Assembly (NCBI GenBank): GCA_963826065.1
Contig: CAWGVP010000006.1
Location: 128,336 to 192,335, forward strand
Source of the DNA: an uncultured Gemmatimonadales bacterium
Lineage (GTDB): Bacteria > Gemmatimonadota > Gemmatimonadetes > Gemmatimonadales > GWC2-71-9
Direction of reading: 5' to 3'
Length of the DNA: 64,000 bases
Shown piece after piece: positions 48,252 to 55,760 of this stretch (its first letter is position 1; every line of letters starts with the position of its first letter). The notes beneath the pieces are model-generated. The model was given only the letters and a program-made list of their open reading frames with translations, was not told the origin of the DNA and searched no databases. Both the position numbers and the translations under genes were made by a program.

Positions 48252-50585
48252 ATGAAGCGGCGCGCGGTCGGCGCGGGCGCTGTCCTGGCGTCGATGATCG
48301 GCGGGGCGGCGCTGTGGGTGGCTCAGCCGTTGCCTGAGGACCTGCTCGAGCCCGCAGGCCGGGTGGTGACCCTGGAGGACCGGTTCGGGCGAGAGCTCCG
48401 CACGACACGGGGGCCGGACGGCAGCCGGGCCGGGTGGCTCCGGCTGGAGGAGATCGACGCCGATGTCATCGCGGCCTTCGTCGCGGTCGAGGACCACCGC
48501 TTCTACCGCCATCGGGGTGTGGATCCGCGATCGGTGGCGCGGGCCGCGTGGGCCAATCTGCGTGCCGGCCGCATCGTGTCGGGCGGCTCGACGATCACGA
48601 TGCAGCTCGCCCGCATGCTGCGCCCGACCCCGCGAACCTGGGTGGGCAAGGCTGGCCAGGCGCTCTGGGCGATCCGGCTGGAGCGACAACTCGGCAAACA
48701 GGCGATTCTCGAGCAGTACCTGAACCGGGTGCCGCTGGGACAGGGTTCGGTCGGCGTGGTGGCGGGGGCGGCACTCTATTTCGGAGCCGGCGCGGGTGAT
48801 CTGAGCCTGGGGCAGGCCGCGGTGCTTGCGGGCATCGCGCGCGCGCCGTCCAGCGACAACCCGCTGGTCGCGCCGGCCCGCACGCGCCGCCGTCGCGACC
48901 AGGCCCTCTCGCGGCTGGCTGAGTTGGGATACGCATCTTCGATCTCCGCGGATCGGGCGGGGGCCGAGCCGCTGCTCCGGCGGCAGCACGCCGCGCCCTT
49001 CCTCGCCCCGCACTTCACCACCCGTATTCTCCATTGGGCGGAGCGCGACGGCCGACCCTCACACGGAACCTGGCGCACCTCGCTCGACCTCGAGCTGCAG
49101 GTCGAGCTGGAGCGGGAGGTGGGACACGCGGTGGAGACCCTCGCCGATCGGGGCGCGCGTCACGCCGCCGCGGTGGTGCTCGACAACCGGAGCGGCGAGA
49201 TCCTCGCCTGGGTGGGGTCACCCGACTTCTGGGCCGACACCGCGGGGCAGGTAGACATGGTGGTGAGCCCGCGACAGCCCGGGTCCGCGCTGAAGCCCTT
49301 CCTGTACGCGCTCGCGTTCGATCGCGGCTGGACTCCCGCATCCATCCTGCCCGACATCGCCCGGGTGTACCAGACCGGCATCGGTCCGTACAGTCCGCGC
49401 AACTACGACCGCCGGTTCCACGGGCCCGTGCGGGCACGCGAGGCGCTCGCCAGCTCCTACAACATTCCCGCCGTGGAGCTGGCGAGCCGCCTGGGGGTCG
49501 GGAGCCTGCTTCAGGTGCTGCGCGCGGCAGGGTTCACCTCGCTTGCCCGGAGTGCGGATCACTACGGTCTCGGTCTCTCCCTCGGGAACGGCGACGTCAG
49601 CCTGCTCGAGCTGGCCAACGGCTTTCGGGGTCTGGTCAACCGTGGCGTGTGGCGCCCCTATACCTGGCGCGCCGGCATGCCTGAGCGCCTTCTGCCATCG
49701 GGCCATCGCTTCGCGAGCGAGCGCTCGGCGGCGCTGGTGCTGGACATCCTGGCCGACCCGGTCGCGCGCATCCCCGGCTTCGGGATCGAGAGCCCGCTCG
49801 ATTTCCCCTTTCCGGTTGCGGCCAAGACCGGCACCAGCCGGCACTTCACCGACAACTGGGCGGTGGGTGCGGCGGGCGGATTCACCGTCGCGGTCTGGGT
49901 GGGAAACTTCAGCGGCCGGCCGATGGACGGTGTGAGCGGTGTCAGCGGTGCGGGCCCGCTGCTCCATCGCGCCGTGCTGGCGACGGCACGGCGCTACCCC
50001 GCGGGCTCGCTGCCCGATCCGCGCGACCACGATGCCGTGGGTGCGAGAATCTGTCGCCTGTCCGGTCTTCGCCCGGGCGCCGAGTGCCCGGCGGGGACGG
50101 AGTGGTTCGCGCCTGGAGACGTCCCCGCGGACACCTGTGACTGGCACGGCGTGGAGGGCGGAGTCACCCTGCCGGTCGAGTATGCCGAGTGGGCCGAGCG
50201 CGCGCAGTTGCCTCGGAGCCGGGGCGGTGTCAGTGTCGGTGTCAGTGTCATCCTGAGCGGAGCGAAGGAGCCGAAGCCCGAGCATGGCCTCCTTCGCTCC
50301 GCTCAGGATGACAACAATGACACCACTCCACCGCGACTGGCCGCCGGTTTCCACATCGTATCGCCGCGCGACGGCGACGTATATCGACTGATGCCCGGCG
50401 TGGACGTACGCTATGCCACCGTGGCACTCCGCGCTGCTGGAGGCCGCGGCGATGGCCGGACCCGCTGGAGCGTGGACGACGTTCCCCACGGCGGAACCCG
50501 GTGGACCCTCGAGCCGGGTCGGCATCGGGTCCGCGCCGTCTCCGCGTCGGGTGACTCCGCCGAGGTCACCGTGCGCGTGGAATGA
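48252..50585 (+). CDS. pbpC: Penicillin-binding protein 1C (bifunctional glycosyltransferase/transpeptidase) carrying an in-frame repeat insertion
   Basis: GT51 motifs are 'EDHRFYRHRGVD' and 'GGSTITMQLAR'. Transpeptidase motifs are 'SALKPF' (SxxK), 'SYN' and 'KTGTS'. A C-terminal PBP1C-type domain follows the insertion. Confidence 0.9.
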   Translation: MKRRAVGAGAVLASMIGGAALWVAQPLPEDLLEPAGRVVTLEDRFGRELRTTRGPDGSRAGWLRLEEIDADVIAAFVAVEDHRFYRHRGVDPRSVARAAWANLRAGRIVSGGSTITMQLARMLRPTPRTWVGKAGQALWAIRLERQLGKQAILEQYLNRVPLGQGSVGVVAGAALYFGAGAGDLSLGQAAVLAGIARAPSSDNPLVAPARTRRRRDQALSRLAELGYASSISADRAGAEPLLRRQHAAPFLAPHFTTRILHWAERDGRPSHGTWRTSLDLELQVELEREVGHAVETLADRGARHAAAVVLDNRSGEILAWVGSPDFWADTAGQVDMVVSPRQPGSALKPFLYALAFDRGWTPASILPDIARVYQTGIGPYSPRNYDRRFHGPVRAREALASSYNIPAVELASRLGVGSLLQVLRAAGFTSLARSADHYGLGLSLGNGDVSLLELANGFRGLVNRGVWRPYTWRAGMPERLLPSGHRFASERSAALVLDILADPVARIPGFGIESPLDFPFPVAAKTGTSRHFTDNWAVGAAGGFTVAVWVGNFSGRPMDGVSGVSGAGPLLHRAVLATARRYPAGSLPDPRDHDAVGARICRLSGLRPGAECPAGTEWFAPGDVPADTCDWHGVEGGVTLPVEYAEWAERAQLPRSRGGVSVGVSVILSGAKEPKPEHGLLRSAQDDNNDTTPPRLAAGFHIVSPRDGDVYRLMPGVDVRYATVALRAAGGRGDGRTRWSVDDVPHGGTRWTLEPGRHRVRAVSASGDSAEVTVRVE
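50247..50312. repeat. Palindromic REP-like element, copy D, inside the pbpC reading frame (66 nt = 22 codons)
   Basis: Arm 50247..50270 (gtcatcctgagcggagcgaaggag) is the exact reverse complement of arm 50289..50312. It is translated as ...VILSGAKEPKPEHGLLRSAQDD.... A 12-bp tandem duplication (ggtgtcagtgtc x2, 50226..50249) precedes it. Confidence 0.9.
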
Positions 50586-50644
50586 GCGCGGCTACATTGG
50601 GTGGGTGAGCGGCCGGACCCCATCCCTGATTGAGGAGCAGCTCG

Positions 50645-51658
50645 ATGCGAACGACACTGGCGACCCGGCGGCTCGGCGCCACCGACATGGAGCTGACCAC
50701 CGTGGGATTCGGTGCGTGGGCGATCGGCGGCGGCGACTGGAAGTTCGGCTGGGGACCCCAGGACGACGAGGACTCGATCGCAACGATCCGGCATGCGGTC
50801 GAGCGCGGCATCAACTGGATCGACACCGCGGCCGTCTACGGACTCGGCCACTCGGAAGAGATCGTGCGGCAGGCGTTGGACGAGGTGCCCGCGAAGGAGC
50901 GGCCGTACATCTTCACCAAGTGCGGGATGGTGTGGGACGAGGCCGACCGGATGGCGCCGCCCAGACAGGTGCTGCGGCCGGAGTCCATTCGCCGCGAATG
51001 CGAAGCGTCGCTCCGCCGGCTCGGGGTCGAGCGCATCGATCTCTATCAGTTTCACTGGCCCGATGAGACCGGTGTCGCCGTGGAAGACTCCTGGGCCGAA
51101 ATGGCTCGCCTGGTTGACCAGGGGAAGGTCCGCGCGGCCGGAGTGTCCAACTTCGATGTGACGCTGCTCGAGCGCTGCGAGGCGATCCGCCACGTGGACT
51201 CGCTGCAACCGCCGTTCTCCCTCATCCGGCGGAGGGCCGCGGCGCAGGAGATTCCGTGGTGTGTGGAGCACGGCACCGGGGTCATCGTCTACAGTCCCAT
51301 GCAATCGGGCATTCTCACCGATCGCTTCAGCGCCGACCGGATGAAGACGATGGCGGCGGACGACTGGCGCCGCCGGAGCCCGGACTTCAACCCGCCGAGG
51401 CTGGGACGCAACCTCGCCTTGCGCGACGCGCTGCGACCGGTCGCCGAGCGTCACGAGGCCACCGTCGCGGAGATCGCCATCGCGTGGACCCTCGCCTGGC
51501 GCGGGGTCACCGGCGCGATCGTCGGCGCGCGCACGCCGGAACAGGTGGATGGATGGATCGACGCCGGGTCCATCGAGCTCAGCGGCGAGGACCTGGCCGA
51601 GATCGCGGCGATACTCGAACGCACGGGTGCCGGGTCCGGTCCGGCGCTTCCGAGGTGA
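50645..51658 (+). CDS. Aldo/keto reductase
   Basis: The ATG at 50645 follows GAGGAG. Contains 'GFGAWAIGG', 'GINWIDTAAVYGLGHSEEIVG/R' and 'IDLYQFHWPD', which are typical AKR motifs. Confidence 0.85.
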   Translation: MRTTLATRRLGATDMELTTVGFGAWAIGGGDWKFGWGPQDDEDSIATIRHAVERGINWIDTAAVYGLGHSEEIVRQALDEVPAKERPYIFTKCGMVWDEADRMAPPRQVLRPESIRRECEASLRRLGVERIDLYQFHWPDETGVAVEDSWAEMARLVDQGKVRAAGVSNFDVTLLERCEAIRHVDSLQPPFSLIRRRAAAQEIPWCVEHGTGVIVYSPMQSGILTDRFSADRMKTMAADDWRRRSPDFNPPRLGRNLALRDALRPVAERHEATVAEIAIAWTLAWRGVTGAIVGARTPEQVDGWIDAGSIELSGEDLAEIAAILERTGAGSGPALPR

Positions 51659-51660
51659 GC

Positions 51661-52608
51661 ATGGCCATTCATCACGTCACCGCGATCGCTCGCGAGCCGC
51701 AGCGCAACCTCGACTTCTACGCCGGGACCCTCGGGATGCGGCTGGTGAAGCTGACCGTCAACTATGACGACCCCGGTACGTATCACTTCTACTACGGCGA
51801 TGCCCTGGGACGACCGGGGTCCCTGCTCACCTTCTTCCCCTGGACCGGCGGCCGCCCCGGCCGCCAGGGCACGGGTCAGATCAACGGCGTCGGCCTCGCG
51901 GTGCCGTCGTCCTCCCTCGGCTACTGGATCGAGCGCCTCATCTCCCAGGGGGTGAAATACGATGGCCCCACGCGACGGTTCGACGAGCCGGTCCTGGCGT
52001 TCGCCGATCCTGACGGGCTCATGATCGAGCTGATCGCCACGGCCAGGGTCGACCGTATCGAAGGCTGGCCCGATGGTCCGGTTCCGGCTCAGCACGCCGT
52101 GCGCGGAGTGCACGCGGTCACGATCTGGGAGGATGGCGATGCCGGGTCGGCGGCGTTCCTGACGGGCACCATGGGTTTCCGGTCCACGGCGGAGGAGGAG
52201 AACCGGCTCCGCTTCGAGTCGGGGCAGGACGGATTGGGAACCGTGGTGGAGCTGCGAAGAGCGCCCGGGTTCTGGCGTGGCACCGACGGGGTCGGAACAG
52301 TGCACCATGTGGCCTTCCGCGCCACCGATGACGCGGAGCAGCGTCGCCGGCAGGACGAGATCCGCGGACTCGACGTCGGCGTCACCGATGTGCGCGACCG
52401 GACCTACTTCCGGTCCATCTACTTTCGGGAGCCGGGTGGGGTGTTGTTCGAGATCGCGACCGACGGGCCGGGTTTCATGCTGGACGAGACCGCGGCCGAG
52501 CTGGGGACGACGCTCAAGCTCCCGCCGCAATACGAGTCCATGCGCGGGCGGCTGGAGAAGGCCCTGCCGCCGGTTCGGCTCCCGCACGCCGAAGCAATGG
52601 AGAGCTAG
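51661..52608 (+). CDS. Ring-cleaving dioxygenase, VOC/glyoxalase superfamily (MhqO/MhqE-like)
   Basis: The ATG at 51661 gives MAIHHVTAIAREPQRNLDFYAGTLGMRLVK.... It has two VOC modules and 'GTVHHVAFR'. 315 aa. Confidence 0.8.
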   Translation: MAIHHVTAIAREPQRNLDFYAGTLGMRLVKLTVNYDDPGTYHFYYGDALGRPGSLLTFFPWTGGRPGRQGTGQINGVGLAVPSSSLGYWIERLISQGVKYDGPTRRFDEPVLAFADPDGLMIELIATARVDRIEGWPDGPVPAQHAVRGVHAVTIWEDGDAGSAAFLTGTMGFRSTAEEENRLRFESGQDGLGTVVELRRAPGFWRGTDGVGTVHHVAFRATDDAEQRRRQDEIRGLDVGVTDVRDRTYFRSIYFREPGGVLFEIATDGPGFMLDETAAELGTTLKLPPQYESMRGRLEKALPPVRLPHAEAMES

Positions 52609-53262
52609 GTGGAAGCCCCCGATCTCGGATTCGTTCATCGTTTCCTGCCCGGCTCGCCGAGCAGTCCGGTGCTGCTGCTGTTGCACGGCACCGGCGGTGA
52701 CGAGAGTGATCTGCTCCAGCTCGGCGAGGCCCTCTTGCCGGGCGCGGCCCGGCTCAGCCCTCGCGGAAAGGTGCTGGAGAACGGCATGCCGCGGTTTTTC
52801 CGGCGGCTCGCCGAAGGCGTCTTCGATCTCGACGACCTGCGGAAGCGGACTCACGAACTCGCCGACTTCGTGGCGGCGGCGGACCAGGCCTACGGTCTGG
52901 CCGGTCGGAAGCCGATCGCGGTGGGGTTCTCCAATGGCGCCAACATCGCGGCCTCAGTGCTGCTCCTGAGGCCCGGCACGCTGGGCGGGGCATTGCTCAT
53001 CCGGCCCATGGTCCCCTTCGTGCCCGACCCCCTGCCGGTTCTCGGAGGTGTTCCGGTGCAGATCCACGCCGGACAGGTGGACCCGCTGGTTCCACCGCCG
53101 CAGAGCGAGGCGTTGGCCAAGCTGCTGACCGACGCGGGAGCCGATGTAAAGCTGCGGTGGATCGCGGGAGGGCACACACTCACTCGCGAAGATCTTGATG
53201 CCGGCAAGGAGTGGTTCGGTTTTTCTTCTCTTTCGCGGGGTGGCGGCCGGGACCAATGGTAG
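52609..53262 (+). CDS. Alpha/beta hydrolase, phospholipase/carboxylesterase family (MhqD-like)
   Basis: The GTG start abuts the upstream stop. Contains 'LLLLHGTGGDE' and the nucleophile elbow 'GFSNGAN'. 217 aa. Confidence 0.75.
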   Translation: MEAPDLGFVHRFLPGSPSSPVLLLLHGTGGDESDLLQLGEALLPGAARLSPRGKVLENGMPRFFRRLAEGVFDLDDLRKRTHELADFVAAADQAYGLAGRKPIAVGFSNGANIAASVLLLRPGTLGGALLIRPMVPFVPDPLPVLGGVPVQIHAGQVDPLVPPPQSEALAKLLTDAGADVKLRWIAGGHTLTREDLDAGKEWFGFSSLSRGGGRDQW

Positions 53263-53368
53263 AAAACCAAGCCGCGCTTGCGCGGTCCACGGGCGCTGAC
53301 GCCGCCCAAGCCAATCACATGCCGGCCGCGCCAGACAGGGCCGGTACGCGCAGACGAGGGGATATGTG

Positions 53369-53665
53369 ATGCTTTCTGCCGCCCTTGAGCACGAGCGCCT
53401 GCTGCTCGCAGAGCGCCTCCTCACCGAGATCGAGCGTCGCCACGGCCTTCCCCATCCCAGTAATCGAGAGATTCACCCCGTCATCACCGATCGCTTTCTT
53501 GCCGCTTACCTCCCTGAGGCCCGGGAGGGCGAACCGGCGCCGCTCGCGCTCGAGTACGCCTTCGCCCCCAGTCTCACGGAATCGCTCAAGCTGTTGCAGG
53601 AGGTAGTCAGCGAGTCAGCCGACGGCCGCGGCGCCGCGCTCTACGTCCACGACCTCGATACCTGA
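53369..53665 (+). CDS. Hypothetical small protein (98 aa)
   Basis: An open frame with a G-rich SD-like 'GAGGGGA' 6 nt upstream of the ATG, and GC3-rich codon usage. It lies 20 nt upstream of the M42-like gene. No recognisable motif. Confidence 0.35.
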   Translation: MLSAALEHERLLLAERLLTEIERRHGLPHPSNREIHPVITDRFLAAYLPEAREGEPAPLALEYAFAPSLTESLKLLQEVVSESADGRGAALYVHDLDT

Positions 53666-53685
53666 GGTACTTCCTTCTCTCCACC

Positions 53686-54609
53686 ATGATCTCATGCGCC
53701 GCCGCGACCGCGGCGGCGCAGAGCGTGTCCCGGCCGGCCGGCGACCTCGCCCAGCGCCTCGCCGGCCTGAGCGCCGTCACCGGGCTCGAGCAACATCTGG
53801 TGGACACGCTCCTTTCCCTGGTTCCGGGATCCCGCAGGGACCGCGCAGGTAATGCCGTGCTCACCCTCGGCTCCGGCCCATCCCGGCGGCTGGCCGTCTG
53901 CCCGCTGGACGAGCCGGGATACGTCGTCGGCGGGGTACGCGGCGACGGGTACCTGACGCTGCGGCGCTCACCCGGGGTCATCTCCCGGATCCGTGATGCT
54001 CAGCTCGAAGGGCAGCGGGTCACTATTAGAACTCGGGAAGGTATCGTCCCGGGCGTCGTGGCCGTGCGCTCGGTCCACCTGACGCGCGGCCGCGACCTGG
54101 CACCATCGCGATTCACCGTAGACAGCGCACTGGTGGATGTGGGGGCCGCGACGGAAGCTGAAGTGGCGTCGCTGGGGATCGGTCCGCTCGCGCCGGTCAC
54201 CCTGCACAAGCGCCCGCAGCGCTACGGCAGGGATCTTCTCGCGGGGCCGATGACCGGCCGCAGGGCCGCCTGCGCGGCGCTGGCGGTCGCGGCAGGCAGG
54301 GCTTTGGCGAAGAAGGTGGTGGTCCCGCGGCGGGAGTCGGTCGTGATCGCGTTCGTGGTGGAGCAGGAGCTCTCGGGTCGGGGGATCGCCACGATCGCCA
54401 ATGCGATGGGACCGTTCTCGGAGACGATCCTGGTGGACGACGCCGATGCCGAGGCGGGGACGGTGGCGGAGCGCTGGCCCGCGCTCGGCCGCGTGGAGGT
54501 GAGACCGCTGCCGGTTCGGTACGCCGGCACACCGGTGGAGACGGTCTCGCTGTCCGAGGCCGATCGGCTCGCGGACGAGCTCGTGGCGTGGATCGAAGGG
54601 TCGCGATGA
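53686..54609 (+). CDS. M42-peptidase-like protein with all metal-ligand positions substituted (probable pseudoenzyme)
   Basis: It appears collinear with the downstream M42 gene (judged by eye, no formal alignment). The catalytic motifs are replaced: 'AHLDEVGF' becomes 'CPLDEPGY', 'FDDRVG' becomes 'MTGRRA', 'REEIGLEG' becomes 'EQELSGRG', and 'YSHSPVE' becomes 'YAGTPVE'. Confidence 0.55.
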   Translation: MISCAAATAAAQSVSRPAGDLAQRLAGLSAVTGLEQHLVDTLLSLVPGSRRDRAGNAVLTLGSGPSRRLAVCPLDEPGYVVGGVRGDGYLTLRRSPGVISRIRDAQLEGQRVTIRTREGIVPGVVAVRSVHLTRGRDLAPSRFTVDSALVDVGAATEAEVASLGIGPLAPVTLHKRPQRYGRDLLAGPMTGRRAACAALAVAAGRALAKKVVVPRRESVVIAFVVEQELSGRGIATIANAMGPFSETILVDDADAEAGTVAERWPALGRVEVRPLPVRYAGTPVETVSLSEADRLADELVAWIEGSR

Positions 54610-55697
54610 GACCGTCGCTCGCCCTGCTGATCTCGGCCCTGGCGTCGCTCTCCGCCAATGCCGCGGTGGCGCAGGACGCCGAGCGGCTGCGGGAGACGGA
54701 GGCGGTGCTCAAGACCCTGGTGGAGAGCTACGGCGTGTCCGGGTCGGAGGCGCCGGTCCGCGACGCGGTCCGCCGGCTGCTGCCCACGTGGGCAAGGCCG
54801 GAGGTGGATTCGGCGGGCAACCTGTGGGTGACGGTGGGCCGCGGGGAGCCGACCGTGGTTCTGGTCGCCCACCTGGACGAAGTGGGCTTCGAGGTGACCG
54901 CGGTCGGCGAGGACGGCCTGCTCGAGGTCAGATCGCGGGGCGGAATCTTTCCGTCCCTCTGGGCCGGACGCCCGGCACTCGTGCATGGCGGCCGCGCACC
55001 CGTCCCCGGGGTCTTCCAGCCGCTGGATTCCGCGGCCGCGGCGTCTGGTGAGGCCGAGCCTCTGCATGTGGACGTCGGCATGAGCAGCCGGCGGCAGGTC
55101 GAGGCGCTGGGGATCAGGACCGGACACACCGTCACCAGTCCGAAGGAGTACGTGCGTCTCGCCGGGCACCGGGCCACGGCCCGCTCGTTCGACGACCGGG
55201 TGGGGTCCGCCGCGCAGGTGATGGCGCTCCGGCGGCTCGATCGCGGGAAGCTGCGCCACACGGTGATCTTCCTCTGGAGCGTGCGGGAGGAGATCGGCCT
55301 GGAGGGTGCGCGAGCGGCGGCGCGGGCACTGGGTCTGCGGGCGGCCCGGGTGCACGCCGTCGATACCTTCGTCTCCGCCGACTCACCGCTGGAGCTCCGG
55401 AATTTCGCGGTCGCGCCGTTGGGAAAGGGACCGGTGGCCCGGGCGCTGGACAACAGCGCCGTCACGCCGCCGCCGCTGCTCGATTCGCTGGTCGCGCTCG
55501 CGAGCGCGCGGGGGATCCCGCTCCAGGTGGGTGCCACCAACGGCGGCAACGACGGGTCCGCCTTCGCCGAGTTCGGGGTGCCCGACGTGCCGCTCGCCTG
55601 GCCGCTGCGCTATTCCCATTCGCCGGTGGAGGTGGCGGACCTGCGGGACGTGGCGCACCTCGCGGAGCTGGTGCAGGCGGTGGCGGAGGATTGGTAG
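54606..55697 (+). CDS. M42-family metallopeptidase (glutamyl aminopeptidase/FrvX-like) with signal peptide
   Basis: The ATG at 54606 overlaps the upstream stop (ATGA). Signal peptide is MRPSLALLISALASLSANAAVAQ. Intact motifs are 'VAHLDEVGF', 'FDDRVG', 'VREEIGLEGA' and 'RYSHSPVE'. Confidence 0.8.
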   Translation: MRPSLALLISALASLSANAAVAQDAERLRETEAVLKTLVESYGVSGSEAPVRDAVRRLLPTWARPEVDSAGNLWVTVGRGEPTVVLVAHLDEVGFEVTAVGEDGLLEVRSRGGIFPSLWAGRPALVHGGRAPVPGVFQPLDSAAAASGEAEPLHVDVGMSSRRQVEALGIRTGHTVTSPKEYVRLAGHRATARSFDDRVGSAAQVMALRRLDRGKLRHTVIFLWSVREEIGLEGARAAARALGLRAARVHAVDTFVSADSPLELRNFAVAPLGKGPVARALDNSAVTPPPLLDSLVALASARGIPLQVGATNGGNDGSAFAEFGVPDVPLAWPLRYSHSPVEVADLRDVAHLAELVQAVAEDW

Positions 55698-55749
55698 TCG
55701 GCCGGTCCCGTGGGTCCCCTTGTGCTGTCCCTCCATTATCGCATATTCA

Positions 55750-55760
55750 TGCATTATGCA
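55750..55760. promoter_or_regulatory. AT-rich palindrome TGCATtATGCA overlapping the argG start codon (candidate operator)
   Basis: An 11-bp perfect palindrome sits within the only AT-rich patch (about 55736-55760, cattatcgcatattcatgcattatgca) between the M42 gene and argG. The GCAT/ATGC half-sites are repeated upstream. Confidence 0.25.

Noticed and set aside
53263-53300. A short GC hairpin (ccgcgcttgcgcgg) after the carboxylesterase gene, considered as a terminator.
   Set aside because: The stem is only 5-6 bp with a 2-4 nt loop and no U-tract. That is too weak to call.
55734-55751. A classical ArgR ARG box (TNTGAATWWWWATTCANW) upstream of argG.
   Set aside because: An ATTCA half-site is present at 55745-55749, but the partner half (CATTATCGC) does not resemble TGAAT. 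Only the different TGCATtATGCA palindrome is reported, at low confidence.
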